Source: a virus
Direction: 5' to 3' (one strand)
Length of the DNA stretch: 64,000 nucleotides
Virus record (IMG/VR): IMGVR_UViG_3300042868_013845
Coordinates: 18,877-82,876 of that record
The notes under the pieces were generated by a model. That model searched no databases, was not told the DNA's origin, and worked only from the letters and a program-made list of their open reading frames with translations. A program made the translations under genes and the position numbers. Within the stretch, counting starts at the first letter, position 1. Each line of letters opens with the position of its first letter. Below are positions 32,622 through 42,968 of this stretch, piece by piece.

Positions 32622-33614
32622 TTATTGTATTAATAGTTTAGCAACTTCATTTGCATGTAATGCCTTTGTTTCTTTAAATGTCAAACTAATGTCCGTTTCG
32701 AACGGAGAATTATCACGAAAATATGAATTGTTTGATGCATTATATGTTACATTACAACCTTGTAAATAACATTCATAAAATGAACTAAGGGGCTTTAATG
32801 CCTTTCCTGTTCCCGCTTTATTATCTGGCACAAGAATAGTTAATTTCCATTTTGGTGGATATTTTAAAAGAAATCCTCCGTCAATTTCTCCGTATACTGC
32901 GATTTGAAATAATTGTGTTATTTTTTTAATAGTCGCCGCTTCTTCCGCTGATGATGGTATTAGTTTATATTCAAAAGTATATTCGCGAGTATCTGTACCA
33001 TCAAATGATGTTACAACATATGGATTAAACCTAGCACCCGCAGCAACTCCAACTGCAGCTTTAATACCAGTGTCTTGAACGAATCCAGAAGCTGCAGCCA
33101 AAATTAAATTTTTTGGATTAACTCCCTTTGCTGCTTCAAAGGCAGAAGTCCCCTTTCGTATTAAATCTTCACCAATTTCATTTAACTTTTTAGTGGGGTC
33201 AATACTATTAAGACCACCTAATATCGCACCCCCAAATACTCCAAGTTCAGAGTCATTATATGTAGAAGAGTTACTATATGACAATCCTTCGGGTGCAGGC
33301 AAATATATTGTTGTTCCTGCTTTAAGTATACTGTGATCCTGTAAACAGCGAAATTCAATAATTGGTCGATTTGTTGATATCAATTCTGATGGAAATGTAT
33401 TAACCTTTCCTAATGTTCCAGTATTTCTAGTTTTAAATTTTTCATTTGCCCTGTTTATGGCTTTACCTTCTTCAAGAGCTTTATCAACATCAAGTTTATC
33501 CCATGCCTCTTTGACAGTATCAACTAATGTTGTTTTTGCCTCAGTTACGGGTTTCGAAAGAGGAGCAAATGTGTTTCTGTTTAACCAATAATTTGGATCG
33601 ATATAACCTGGCAT
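32622..33614 (-). CDS. gp48: Baseplate tail-tube cap (T4 gp48-like)
   Basis: IYLPAP, NPYVVTSFDG..REYTFEYKLIPSSAEEA, LTFKET. Confidence 0.85.
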   Translation of the reverse strand: MPGYIDPNYWLNRNTFAPLSKPVTEAKTTLVDTVKEAWDKLDVDKALEEGKAINRANEKFKTRNTGTLGKVNTFPSELISTNRPIIEFRCLQDHSILKAGTTIYLPAPEGLSYSNSSTYNDSELGVFGGAILGGLNSIDPTKKLNEIGEDLIRKGTSAFEAAKGVNPKNLILAAASGFVQDTGIKAAVGVAAGARFNPYVVTSFDGTDTREYTFEYKLIPSSAEEAATIKKITQLFQIAVYGEIDGGFLLKYPPKWKLTILVPDNKAGTGKALKPLSSFYECYLQGCNVTYNASNNSYFRDNSPFETDISLTFKETKALHANEVAKLLIQ

Positions 33615-33632
33615 AAATACTATTTATACATC

Positions 33633-34082
33633 ATGTCAAAATATTATAAAGGAAAATATCGACCTCAAAACATAGCAAAATATAGAGGTGATTTTTCAAA
33701 TATTGTTTATCGCAGTCTTTGGGAAAGACAAGTCTTTAAGTGGTGTGACACTAATCCAAATGTAAAGAGCTGGAGCAGTGAAGAGATAGTCATACCATAT
33801 CGTTGCAGAACTGATGGCAAGATGCATCGTTATTTTGTTGATATGCTTATTGAGTTTGTTTCGGGTCAGAAATATTTGATTGAAATAAAACCAAAAAAAC
33901 AAACGATACAGCCTCAGCCTAAAAAAATCAAAACAAAAAAGTATCTAACTGAGGTAATGACATATGCTAAAAACCTATCAAAATGGGAAGCAGCACAAAG
34001 TTATTGTGAAGATCGAGGCATAACCTTTGAAGTCTGGCACGAAGATACATTGAAGGCTCTTGGCATCAAGCTACTAACATAA
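33633..34082 (+). CDS. gp4: Head completion nuclease (T4 gp4-like)
   Basis: YKGKYRPQN..KY.GD...IVYRSLWER, WSSEEIVIPY, HRYFVD, IEIKP. Confidence 0.95.
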   Translation: MSKYYKGKYRPQNIAKYRGDFSNIVYRSLWERQVFKWCDTNPNVKSWSSEEIVIPYRCRTDGKMHRYFVDMLIEFVSGQKYLIEIKPKKQTIQPQPKKIKTKKYLTEVMTYAKNLSKWEAAQSYCEDRGITFEVWHEDTLKALGIKLLT

Positions 34083-34090
34083 ATACTATT

Positions 34091-34879
34091 ATGTCTATGC
34101 TCAATGATTTAAAGGCTGCAATTAAAAAACACGGCAGCCTCGCACGCACCAATCGTTTTAAAGTTGATTTTAGTGTCATGAGCGCTTATTCTTCCAACTG
34201 GCGTGATCTTGAATATTTTTTAGAAGATGTTAATATACCAAGTAAAGATATAGAAACGGTTGATTATAGTCCATATCGTAATCCTATAGCATATGCAACA
34301 GGTTATAAACACGGAGATTTTAATATGAAATTTAGGGCTCCAACAAATATGTTTGTTAAACGCATATTTGATCGTTGGATAGAAAAAATCATGCCGCGCG
34401 AAGATTATAAATTAAGCTATCGCAAAGAAAACGTTGTTAATTTTAGGATTACTCAAGAATCAGAACGAACACCGGGGCATGACAAATATCTTGGCATTAA
34501 TTATTATAATGTTTTGATACTAGATGCCTATCCAATAAGTATCAGTTCTATTGAATATAGCAACACACAAGAGGGTGAATATGTAACATTTGATGTAGGT
34601 TTTGCATTTAGCGATGTTCAATATTTTAAACCAAAAAGAAATACTGATATTCGTCAACTTGAAGAACCTCTTGATTTAGGTGATGGTACAGTTCCAACGG
34701 CATCAATACCATATGGATTCGTTCCAGCTCAATCTCCAATTGAGAATGCAACTTCTATTAGTGATTTTATAAGAAACCAATCAACTGTTCCAGTACAAGA
34801 ACCAACACCTTTAGCGCGACCTATAAATGTAAATTCATTATTAACTCCTATACGAGATAATACATCAATTGGACAATAA
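34091..34879 (+). CDS. gp54: Baseplate tail-tube initiator (gp54/gp19-like)
   Basis: LARTNRFKV, DAYPISISSIEYS; synteny. Confidence 0.72.
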   Translation: MSMLNDLKAAIKKHGSLARTNRFKVDFSVMSAYSSNWRDLEYFLEDVNIPSKDIETVDYSPYRNPIAYATGYKHGDFNMKFRAPTNMFVKRIFDRWIEKIMPREDYKLSYRKENVVNFRITQESERTPGHDKYLGINYYNVLILDAYPISISSIEYSNTQEGEYVTFDVGFAFSDVQYFKPKRNTDIRQLEEPLDLGDGTVPTASIPYGFVPAQSPIENATSISDFIRNQSTVPVQEPTPLARPINVNSLLTPIRDNTSIGQ

Positions 34880-34920
34880 TTTTAAACTAGTTAGTAAAAT
34901 TTACATATAGATAACTTATT

Positions 34921-35628
34921 ATGAAATTACCTACATTAAACACTCCGAAATATACTCTTAAAGTACCAAGCACAGGTCAGACTATTGAATATCGTCCATT
35001 TCTTGTTAAAGAAGAAAAAGTTCTTATGCTTGCCCAAGAAAGTGGTAAGCCTGAAGATATGACTCGAGCAATGCTTGATATTATTCATGCATGTACCTTT
35101 GGTGCCGTTGATCCACAAAAACTTGCAAGTTTTGATCTTGAATATATCTTTGTTAAACTTCGTACAAAAAGTGTCGGTGAAGATGTTGAAGTTGGATTAA
35201 AGTGTGATAGCTGTGGTGCATTAAATCATGTCAGTATTAATCTTGAACAGATTGATATGATTGGTGAAACAAAGCTGCCAAAGAAAATCATGCTTACTGA
35301 TACAATTGGCATTGTGCCAAAATATATTTCAATTAAAGATGTTGAAGTTATTAGTGCACACTCTGATGATAAAGCAAAAAGTCTAGTGTTGACAATTGCA
35401 GCAAGCATCGCTAGTATTTTTGATGAAAATAACGTTTATGATATGTCAGAAGCTGGTTATGAAGAAGTTGATAACTTTATTAGTAGTCTTAATCGTCAAC
35501 AGCTGAGCAAGATTGAAGAGCTTATTCAAAACTCTCCTAAGTTTGAAAAAGATGTGACATTTGAATGTATTAGTTGTAATCATGAAAATAGTCACAAACT
35601 TAGTGGCATACAGAGTTTTTTCGAATAG
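34921..35628 (+). CDS. gp26: Baseplate hub assembly protein (T4 gp26-like)
   Basis: LPTLNTPKY, YRPFLVKEEKVL, DLEYIFVKLRTKSVGE, two CxxC, ends GIQSFFE. Confidence 0.93.
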   Translation: MKLPTLNTPKYTLKVPSTGQTIEYRPFLVKEEKVLMLAQESGKPEDMTRAMLDIIHACTFGAVDPQKLASFDLEYIFVKLRTKSVGEDVEVGLKCDSCGALNHVSINLEQIDMIGETKLPKKIMLTDTIGIVPKYISIKDVEVISAHSDDKAKSLVLTIAASIASIFDENNVYDMSEAGYEEVDNFISSLNRQQLSKIEELIQNSPKFEKDVTFECISCNHENSHKLSGIQSFFE

Positions 35629-35813
35629 CTCTCTCCCATGATAGTCTTTTAAATCATTATAAGACTAATTTTTCAATGATGCAGCATCATAAATACAGTT
35701 TGACGGAACTTGATAATATGATGCCTTGGGAGAGAGAAATCTATGTTTCGTTGCTTGTTAAATGGATAAAGGAAGAAGAAGCAAGACAAAAATCTAAATC
35801 AAATGGACGATAA
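35622..35813 (+). CDS. gp51: gp51-like baseplate hub assembly catalyst frame (first ATG 35676; probably reached by -1 frameshift from gp26)
   Basis: -1 frame reads RIALSHDSLLNHYKTNFSMMQHHKYSLTELDNMMPWEREIYVSLL; absent from ORF track. Confidence 0.8.
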   Translation, partial: RIALSHDSLLNHYKTNFSMMQHHKYSLTELDNMMPWEREIYVSLLVKWIKEEEARQKSKSNGR

Positions 35814-38115
35814 AACCCTATTGCAAAGTCTAATCAACGAAATAAAAAATCTTAACGCACGAGGTGTAACAGATTCAAAAGTCTTGCGGGATAGTCTCTC
35901 GCAAGACTCTCTTATTTCTCAGGGCATAACTGATTTAAATAAGAAATTTGAAAAATCATCAAAAGATAACAAACAAATTCTTGATGATTCAAAATCAGTG
36001 CTCGAAGAAATACGTGATGAAATTAAGAATAATTCAGGTGGCAATCAGGGCGGTGGTATAGTTCAAGCGGCTAATCTTCAAAATCTATCAACATTGTTTT
36101 TTAAAATGGTTGATAGCACAAAGGATTTAATTGCTATTAATACAAAGCTTAATAAAAATATTGAAGATCTTATAAAATCAAATAATGGTTTACGTAGTTT
36201 TAGAATAAATAGAAGACAAAGCCCAACCGACTCCACAACAGTAAATACAACACAAGAATCTGAGACGACTACTACTAGTACTAGTACTAATGAAAGTTCA
36301 CAACCTTTACTTAAAAGATATAATGATGTGGCAAAAGCTCTTGGATCGTTTATTGGTGCTATTAATGGCATTAAAATTATACCTGCATTAAAAGCAAGTT
36401 TTTTCTTGCCAATGATTGTTAGCAATATGGCCAATGCCATGAAGAAATTTGATGAAGCAAATTTCTTCGGTAAATTGAGACGAAATAGTCAAACTATTAC
36501 AACTGACAAACAAGAGGTTGAAAATGTTTTTGACTATAGTTCAGATATATTTACTGCGATGAAATCACTTGCTGAAAGTTTGAAAACGATTCAAGACTTA
36601 AAATTAGTAAAAACGTGGGCCCAAATAAAACTTTTATCAATTTTTATCATACCAAGTATGATAAAAGCTATTAGTAAATTTGAGAGAGTTAATGAAAAAA
36701 CAGCAACAAAATTTGAAAAAATTGGCGAAAGTATTGGTAAGTTTTTAGAACCAATTAGTAATTTTATGGGTTCATTTGTAAAAATGGGATTAGGTTTAAT
36801 TGCAATCGCTGCAGGAGTTTTAGCAATCGCCGGAGCAGCAATTATTGTATCTAAAATTGATACAGCAGCTTTACTTAAAGGTGGAATTGCTATTGGTGTA
36901 TTTCTTACGACTGCTATATTAACAAGTTCAATTGCTGGAAAGGCAAATAAAACAAGTATTGCTCTTATTGTTTTAGGTGCAGCTATGATACCATTCGCGT
37001 ATGGTATATCATTATTAAAAGACATTGGTTGGGAACAAATCGCAGCAGCAGGAGCATCATTAGTATCATTAATAGGAACTTTGACTATAGCATCAAAATT
37101 TTCAACTAAAAGCAGTATAGCATTAATTGCATTCGGTGCAGCTATGATACCATTCGCTTATGGTTTATCACTACTTGGTGCAGTTAGTTGGCAACAAATT
37201 GCTGCAGTAGGAACATCATTAGTAGCTTTAATTGCATCGTTAACTGTAGCAGGAACTTTCTTAGCTAATCCAAAGGCTATGTTAGCTCTCGGATTAATAA
37301 CAGCAGCAATTGCTGCTATAAGTTGGTCAATGAAAATGTTAGGTGAAGCTGCAAATATTTTTAATGCAGTTGATCCAGCAAAATTAGGTCTAGTGGCTCT
37401 ATCGATGCTCGGTTTGAGTCTAAGTATATTACCACTTGTGCCATTTGCACCATTCGTTGGTATATTATCAATATCAATGGCAGTACTCGCCGCAACTTTA
37501 ATGGCGCTATCTAAAGTTGGATTACAGCTTGAACCTGTTACTAACTTTTTCAATGATTTTAAATCATTTATAAAAGAAATTGAAATAAGTAAAATTCTTG
37601 GTTTAAGTGCAGCGATTGGCACATTAGGTCTCGCTATAAGTGCATTTGCTGCATCTAATTTTAGTGTAGGCATTTCTGATGCATTTAGCGGTATAATCGG
37701 ATTTTTCACAGGAGAAAAAAGTATAATTGAAAAACTTAAAGAATTGTCATCATTAACTGGTTTATCAGCAGTTGGAATGGGAGTAAAAGATCTTGCTGAA
37801 GGCATGAATATGCTAGCTCAAATACAAAGCGGATCATTTGCTGGATTTAATGAATTTCCATGGGATAAAGTAAAGGAAATTTCAAAAGAATTACAAGATG
37901 GTGCTACACTGCAAATCATACCTGTTCTTAATGCTAATAGTCTTAATGGTCAAAAATTAGAAACAACAGGTGCAACAATGACAGGTGGCAACCAAGTTAT
38001 TATAACAAATGTTACAAATACTGGTGGAAATGTAAGCACAACGAATGTATCGAACAACAATCGAAATGTTCGTGTTGCTCCAAGTATTGAAACTGGCAGT
38101 GCTAAAGGTTATTAA
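35803..38115 (+). CDS. Tape measure-like protein (gp29 position)
   Basis: 770 aa helical, Ala/Gly/Ile-rich hydrophobic repeats (GAAMIPFAYG twice); follows gp26/51. Confidence 0.7.
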   Translation: MDDKTLLQSLINEIKNLNARGVTDSKVLRDSLSQDSLISQGITDLNKKFEKSSKDNKQILDDSKSVLEEIRDEIKNNSGGNQGGGIVQAANLQNLSTLFFKMVDSTKDLIAINTKLNKNIEDLIKSNNGLRSFRINRRQSPTDSTTVNTTQESETTTTSTSTNESSQPLLKRYNDVAKALGSFIGAINGIKIIPALKASFFLPMIVSNMANAMKKFDEANFFGKLRRNSQTITTDKQEVENVFDYSSDIFTAMKSLAESLKTIQDLKLVKTWAQIKLLSIFIIPSMIKAISKFERVNEKTATKFEKIGESIGKFLEPISNFMGSFVKMGLGLIAIAAGVLAIAGAAIIVSKIDTAALLKGGIAIGVFLTTAILTSSIAGKANKTSIALIVLGAAMIPFAYGISLLKDIGWEQIAAAGASLVSLIGTLTIASKFSTKSSIALIAFGAAMIPFAYGLSLLGAVSWQQIAAVGTSLVALIASLTVAGTFLANPKAMLALGLITAAIAAISWSMKMLGEAANIFNAVDPAKLGLVALSMLGLSLSILPLVPFAPFVGILSISMAVLAATLMALSKVGLQLEPVTNFFNDFKSFIKEIEISKILGLSAAIGTLGLAISAFAASNFSVGISDAFSGIIGFFTGEKSIIEKLKELSSLTGLSAVGMGVKDLAEGMNMLAQIQSGSFAGFNEFPWDKVKEISKELQDGATLQIIPVLNANSLNGQKLETTGATMTGGNQVIITNVTNTGGNVSTTNVSNNNRNVRVAPSIETGSAKGY

Positions 38116-38120
38116 AATAA

Positions 38121-38149
38121 AAAAGGTCAGAGGTTGCCCTCTGACCTTT
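38121..38149. terminator. Bidirectional intrinsic terminator
   Basis: AAAGGTCAGAGG-TTGC-CCTCTGACCTTT between convergent genes. Confidence 0.8.
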
Positions 38150-38170
38150 GAGATAATCTTTATATGACGA

Positions 38171-39091
38171 TTAGCCTTGTGCGGCCAATTTCTTGAAATA
38201 TTCAAGAGGATCATCGCCGTCTTCATCATCTTCATCAAACTTACTTGATGCTACAGCTGGAGCAGGAGCTTCTGCAGTGCGCGACAATCCAGCATGCGCT
38301 GGCTCGTTAATCATCTCAACTTGAGAGATGCTTCGTGCACCATTAACTTCTTCTTCGCCGAGAACTTCAATAAGCTTGCGCTTAAGTTCTTCATAGCTCT
38401 TATAATTCTTAGGATCAACAAAGTCAGAAAGACTATGCAGACTATCATATGCTTCTTTAAGCATATCTTCGTCACCAGTGAAAAGTTGGCTTGAACTATC
38501 AAACTCACTCTTATCATAGTTGCGATAGCCTTCAACCTTACGAATCTTAAGTTTGAAGTTTGCACCCTCCCAGAAGTCAAATGGATTTACTGGAGTTTCA
38601 TCTTGAAACTGAGGTTGCATGATATCCATGATCTTATCAAAGATCTTTTTACCATATTTGAAGAGCATGACTTTGCCTTCATTTGCTGGATTACCAGGAT
38701 CTGCAACGACAAGAATGTTGCTGACATAATGCAAACGACGTTTGCGATCACGTACAATTTCTTTATCGCTTTCGATTCCGCTATTCCACAAGCGAGCATT
38801 AATCTCTGCACATGGATCTTCTTTACCGATACTAGTCAAGCTGTTTTCAATATACCAACGGCCAGTTGGTCCTTTAAAACCATGATCCCAGTAACGAACC
38901 CATGGAAGATCTTCTCCATCCTTTTGTGGCAAGAAGCGAATGACTGCATAGCCATTGCCGCTCTTATCAACTGTTGGACTCCAGAAGCGATCATCACCAT
39001 ATGATTTAGTTGCTCCACCTACTTTTTCAGCAGCTTTGACGAGTTTATCAATAGCGCTTTGACGATTTGCTTTTAGTTTATCGAAACTCAT
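38171..39091 (-). CDS. gp32: Single-stranded DNA-binding protein
   Basis: DKSGNGYAVIRFLP, HGFKGPTGRWYIENSLT, NPFDFWEGANFKLKI, acidic tail. Confidence 0.97.
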   Translation of the reverse strand: MSFDKLKANRQSAIDKLVKAAEKVGGATKSYGDDRFWSPTVDKSGNGYAVIRFLPQKDGEDLPWVRYWDHGFKGPTGRWYIENSLTSIGKEDPCAEINARLWNSGIESDKEIVRDRKRRLHYVSNILVVADPGNPANEGKVMLFKYGKKIFDKIMDIMQPQFQDETPVNPFDFWEGANFKLKIRKVEGYRNYDKSEFDSSSQLFTGDEDMLKEAYDSLHSLSDFVDPKNYKSYEELKRKLIEVLGEEEVNGARSISQVEMINEPAHAGLSRTAEAPAPAVASSKFDEDDEDGDDPLEYFKKLAAQG

Positions 39092-39139
39092 ATTTTTATG
39101 TTGTTGTATTGTTGTTTTTGTTTGTTGTGTTATTGTATA

Positions 39140-39772
39140 CTAGTTTTGTTGTTTTGTAAATAACGAAACGATAATTTCTCTATATTTTTTCTTATTGAAT
39201 CGAGAACTCAAAAAGGGACTATAGGCTCTTATCAGGTGTGATAGGTTTCTTGATATCTCAAGAGGATCACTCAATTTTTTATCTAGATCACGAGAAAAAC
39301 CAAGTAGCGATTCTAAACAAGCTAGAGTCTCTAGAGATATTTCACCCGATCTATATAATCTATATATGGTTGGAATTTGTGTAGTGTCCTGAGGACATAT
39401 CGCGATATCGAAGTCTGACTCAATATCACGAACCTTAGACATATCCGACCTAAAGTTGTAATCAAGGTTTTGGAGTTTGCCAAGCCATATTTCATAGTCT
39501 TCAGAATTCATATCACCAATCCAGCTTTTGCCATTGATAATATTAGCAACAACATAATATATTGCGCTATCTCGATTATGAAATTGTTTAGCGAGTCTTT
39601 CATAATGGTGCCTTTGACCCATTTTCATAAAGGTCTCGCGTTTGCATCGAGGACCCTTAAAATTAAACTCAAAGGCATTGTAATTTTTGCCTGGTGTAAA
39701 ATGTAATTTGCATGCAACAAATATACTCCAAGCATCAATTGGATTTAATTTTTCGCATGATGATAGTTGCAT
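39140..39772 (-). CDS. gp59: Helicase loader (T4 gp59-like)
   Basis: ACKLHFT..YNAFEF, GEISLETL; synteny gp33-gp59-gp32. Confidence 0.85.
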   Translation of the reverse strand: MQLSSCEKLNPIDAWSIFVACKLHFTPGKNYNAFEFNFKGPRCKRETFMKMGQRHHYERLAKQFHNRDSAIYYVVANIINGKSWIGDMNSEDYEIWLGKLQNLDYNFRSDMSKVRDIESDFDIAICPQDTTQIPTIYRLYRSGEISLETLACLESLLGFSRDLDKKLSDPLEISRNLSHLIRAYSPFLSSRFNKKKYREIIVSLFTKQQN

Positions 39773-40035
39773 TAGGCTGGTAATTCGACAGTGTTATTAT
39801 TTCTCGGCAATAGATTTGATCGTTTTGCTTCTTGTTCTAATTTGCTGCGTAATGAACTATCAACTAATTGCCCAATATCCTCAGGATCAATCTTTAACTC
39901 TTCACAAATATGCAGCGCAGCTTCAATATATGTCATATCATCTCTAAAGACGTGTATGCCAACTCTCTTAGCAAATTCCTCTTTAGAAATAGCAAAACCC
40001 AATGCGTCAATAACTTCTTTTTCTATTTTTTTCAT
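39772..40035 (-). CDS. gp33: Late transcription coactivator (T4 gp33-like)
   Basis: TYIEAALHICEELKIDPE...LRSKLEQEAKRSNLL. Confidence 0.85.
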   Translation of the reverse strand: MKKIEKEVIDALGFAISKEEFAKRVGIHVFRDDMTYIEAALHICEELKIDPEDIGQLVDSSLRSKLEQEAKRSNLLPRNNNTVELPA

Positions 40036-40474
40036 CTATATTATTTTTTAAAATTTGTGAACCAGAAAGACTTCTCATTTGTTTAGCAAGTTCTTTGTCA
40101 TCTATTGTATGGAGTTTTTTCATATCGGCAACATTCCAACCAATCATAGGCACATTATATGATGTAGTATATTTTACATAATCTTTTCGATTTGTACATT
40201 CAAAAATGTTAATAGTATCATTAATATCATATTCAACAAAGATTAATCGATCAACCTTCATGCACTTTTCAAAATTCGTTTGTTTGTCTGCACGAATCGT
40301 GAATAGATTTCGACTATGAAACCGATATTGTGTTTTGATTTCAACAGTTTTGCCGTTAATATCAATGCCGTCTTTTTCACTATCAAAAACATCCTCTGAC
40401 AATTCACAATATTCTAATCTTGCGAAAAGATCTTCTCCTAATTTACCTAACGTTCTGCGGTTGTCTTGATTCAT
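40007..40474 (-). CDS. Putative PD-(D/E)xK nuclease
   Basis: LGKLGE...EKDG...VEIKTQ. Confidence 0.55.
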   Translation of the reverse strand: MNQDNRRTLGKLGEDLFARLEYCELSEDVFDSEKDGIDINGKTVEIKTQYRFHSRNLFTIRADKQTNFEKCMKVDRLIFVEYDINDTINIFECTNRKDYVKYTTSYNVPMIGWNVADMKKLHTIDDKELAKQMRSLSGSQILKNNIDEKNRKRSY

Positions 40475-41709
40475 CGAGTCTCTGAAGTTTTAATTATAAT
40501 CATATTTGAATTGATTCGACCATTGACTGCTTTCTTTTTGGTAGTTAGAGCTTCAAGTGCCTTATCAAGTTTTTTATCAGTCATGCTAATCACATTTGCC
40601 AGCACATCCTGCGGCTTACGACAACTAATCGCATAGCTTGATGATGGCTCATAGTTGAGTAGAGTGCTGCCTTTAACACTAAAGCCCGAAGCATTTTGTG
40701 CATAATAGACAAGCAGCTGTTTGTTTTTCGTATTAAACAAATAGAGTCTTTGAGCAAAAGGTATGCGCGTTGGATCAACGCTTGCAATATTATATTCTTT
40801 ACTATCACGTGCATAGTTTAGTTTATTAACTTGCGTAGCTGCTGCTTTTGGCTTTTTAACTCGAGGCTTGCGAGTGCCAGCTTTGATCTTGCCATATTGA
40901 ACCAATGATTCGCTCATGCCTGAAAAGATTTCAATGATTTTTCTCAATTGAGCGCGTGATAGCCAACTATATGCCTGCACAAGTTGTGGACACTCTTTGT
41001 CATAGGCTTCTTGAAATTCTTGAGCGTGACGTGCTATCCAAGCTTTGATTGGAGATAGACCAGCTGCTGGCACATTATGAGCTCTACATACCGATGCGAT
41101 GTCACAACCATTGATTTTTGATGGTGTGATATCGCTAGTGATATCGCAAAGACCATCAAGCCATGACTCAAGCTCGGGCAAGATATTGCCTTCAACAGCA
41201 CGTATCATGCGTTCATGTGGATTGACTGTTACTTTTTTTGGTTTTTCAACAGCAGATAGCATTGTTGCTAATTTTAGATCTGGCAACACGCGATCAATCT
41301 CTTCGCGTATAATGTTTGATGCTGATCGAGGTTGTGGAGATTGTTCTTCTGTTTCAAACTTTTTCCAATGTGATGCTGCATCAGGATGAAGATCGGGCAT
41401 GCCGCGTTGCAGCATACGACATAGCTTGCCAATAGTTGAAGTTAGCGTATAGTTTGGAGCACTAGAAATTGTTGTGACATCAGTTTTACTATAACCATTT
41501 TCGGCCATCCACTTTGTTACAAATGGCAGCAAACTGCCGCTGTCACAATAATATGCATAAAAGCCAAGAGCTCGTGTGAGTCTTGCATAATAGACATCAA
41601 CAGCAAGAGAGGAGGCATCAGACCATGACGGCTCCTCTCCAGTATATTTTACATCAAAGGCAGCAACATTGCCGCGTTTATCAAGTATCTTATTTTTCAT
41701 GATCTGCAC
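40471..41709 (-). CDS. Conserved T4-like hypothetical protein
   Basis: RKPRVKKP..QVNKLNY, LFNTKNKQL, GFSVKGSTL, NGRIN C-terminal pattern. Confidence 0.7.
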   Translation of the reverse strand: MQIMKNKILDKRGNVAAFDVKYTGEEPSWSDASSLAVDVYYARLTRALGFYAYYCDSGSLLPFVTKWMAENGYSKTDVTTISSAPNYTLTSTIGKLCRMLQRGMPDLHPDAASHWKKFETEEQSPQPRSASNIIREEIDRVLPDLKLATMLSAVEKPKKVTVNPHERMIRAVEGNILPELESWLDGLCDITSDITPSKINGCDIASVCRAHNVPAAGLSPIKAWIARHAQEFQEAYDKECPQLVQAYSWLSRAQLRKIIEIFSGMSESLVQYGKIKAGTRKPRVKKPKAAATQVNKLNYARDSKEYNIASVDPTRIPFAQRLYLFNTKNKQLLVYYAQNASGFSVKGSTLLNYEPSSSYAISCRKPQDVLANVISMTDKKLDKALEALTTKKKAVNGRINSNMIIIKTSETR

Positions 41710-41989
41710 TAATTAGACTATCAAATTTAAAACTCCGCCAGCCGTTTTTCTCGAGATCGTAAACTCGAATAGGAGAATCATCGTTCTCAGTAATTGTGTT
41801 TTTTGGAATTGCATCTTCGGGCAAGAGTGAGAGGTTTTTAGTAGCTCTCATAGCTCGATGCTCGCCATCCTTTTTAAGGAATGTGATATTGCACACACCG
41901 TTTCTTAAACTCTCTAAGAGTTGTTGTTTGTCCATCATAATAGTTTTTGCTCTTTCAGTTAAGTAGTGTAGATGTTCAACATTTAACAT
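41690..41989 (-). CDS. SH3/WYL_2-like small protein (start probably 41941 or 41938)
   Basis: ITFLKKDGEHRAMRAT, VYDLEKNGWRSF; sigma70-like promoter at 41995-42025. Confidence 0.75.
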   Translation of the reverse strand: MLNVEHLHYLTERAKTIMMDKQQLLESLRNGVCNITFLKKDGEHRAMRATKNLSLLPEDAIPKNTITENDDSPIRVYDLEKNGWRSFKFDSLISADHEK

Positions 41990-42032
41990 GCAGACATTAT
42001 ACCACAGATTATGCTATTTGTAAATAACTTTT

Positions 42033-42968
42033 TTACTTAAAGGCTCTATTTTTTTCAAAGTCCCCAAAATCATGCCATTCGCGATAGCTATTCACTGAGT
42101 CAACATCTACTTTGGAGAGATTACGATTAATATGAGCATCAGCTCCAACATTCATGAAGATTGCCCGCTCATTTGCTTTTTCGAAGAATGCTGGCCAAGC
42201 TTTGGCATCATATGCTGCAGTAGTTGGAAATGGCACTCTATTTGCTTGTGGATGAGGCTTTAAGAATGGCATTGTTGCGGTTTCAACAATTGCATCTCCC
42301 TTTTCGCCTTTGTGAATATTACGCGCAACCGCAACACCATATGCACCTGCTTCTGGCCAACCGATTTGACATGCGCGAGTCATTGTGCCTGTTGATACTG
42401 CACACCAAATCTCACTTGGTTCATAGCCCAATTGAGTGCTAATCTTATCACACATTCTCACTAGACCAGCAGTAACCATACTATTGCCGCTTAATCCAAA
42501 TGGCAGATATTGTGCATTATTCTCACTTGCCCATTGCTTAGCATAGCTGTTTAATACTGGCATTGCTGCAATTCGAACAAATCTCATATCAACATGAGGA
42601 TATGCAAAGAGCGCCGCTTGGTGATCACTTACTCGTTTGCTGCTTGGACAAAAGAAAACAACCTTTTTATTATAGAGCTCAGCAAGCATACTAATAGCAT
42701 CCATAGCATGACCTTGTCGAGGAGCACAATAAACAAGTGTATCATATGGACTTTCAGCAACTACTCGCTCTGCACCAAATGCCTTTAATCCACCTAGTGC
42801 AAGATCTGCACGTAGAACATGTCTGCCACCTTCAACTGTTTCAACAACAGGATCGTCGACTTTACTCTTAAAATCTCCCCATAGTTCCCGATAATAGTTG
42901 CGAGCTTCTGCTCGATTCATGCCCATCGGTATATCTTTATTTTCAATGCTGTCTGTTATGCTAAACAT
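42033..42968 (-). CDS. PLP-dependent enzyme (fold type II), DNA-hypermodification associated
   Basis: LRADLALGGLKAFG (PLP Lys), LPFGL, IWCAVSTGTM, YDAKAW, FMNVG. Confidence 0.78.
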   Translation of the reverse strand: MFSITDSIENKDIPMGMNRAEARNYYRELWGDFKSKVDDPVVETVEGGRHVLRADLALGGLKAFGAERVVAESPYDTLVYCAPRQGHAMDAISMLAELYNKKVVFFCPSSKRVSDHQAALFAYPHVDMRFVRIAAMPVLNSYAKQWASENNAQYLPFGLSGNSMVTAGLVRMCDKISTQLGYEPSEIWCAVSTGTMTRACQIGWPEAGAYGVAVARNIHKGEKGDAIVETATMPFLKPHPQANRVPFPTTAAYDAKAWPAFFEKANERAIFMNVGADAHINRNLSKVDVDSVNSYREWHDFGDFEKNRAFK

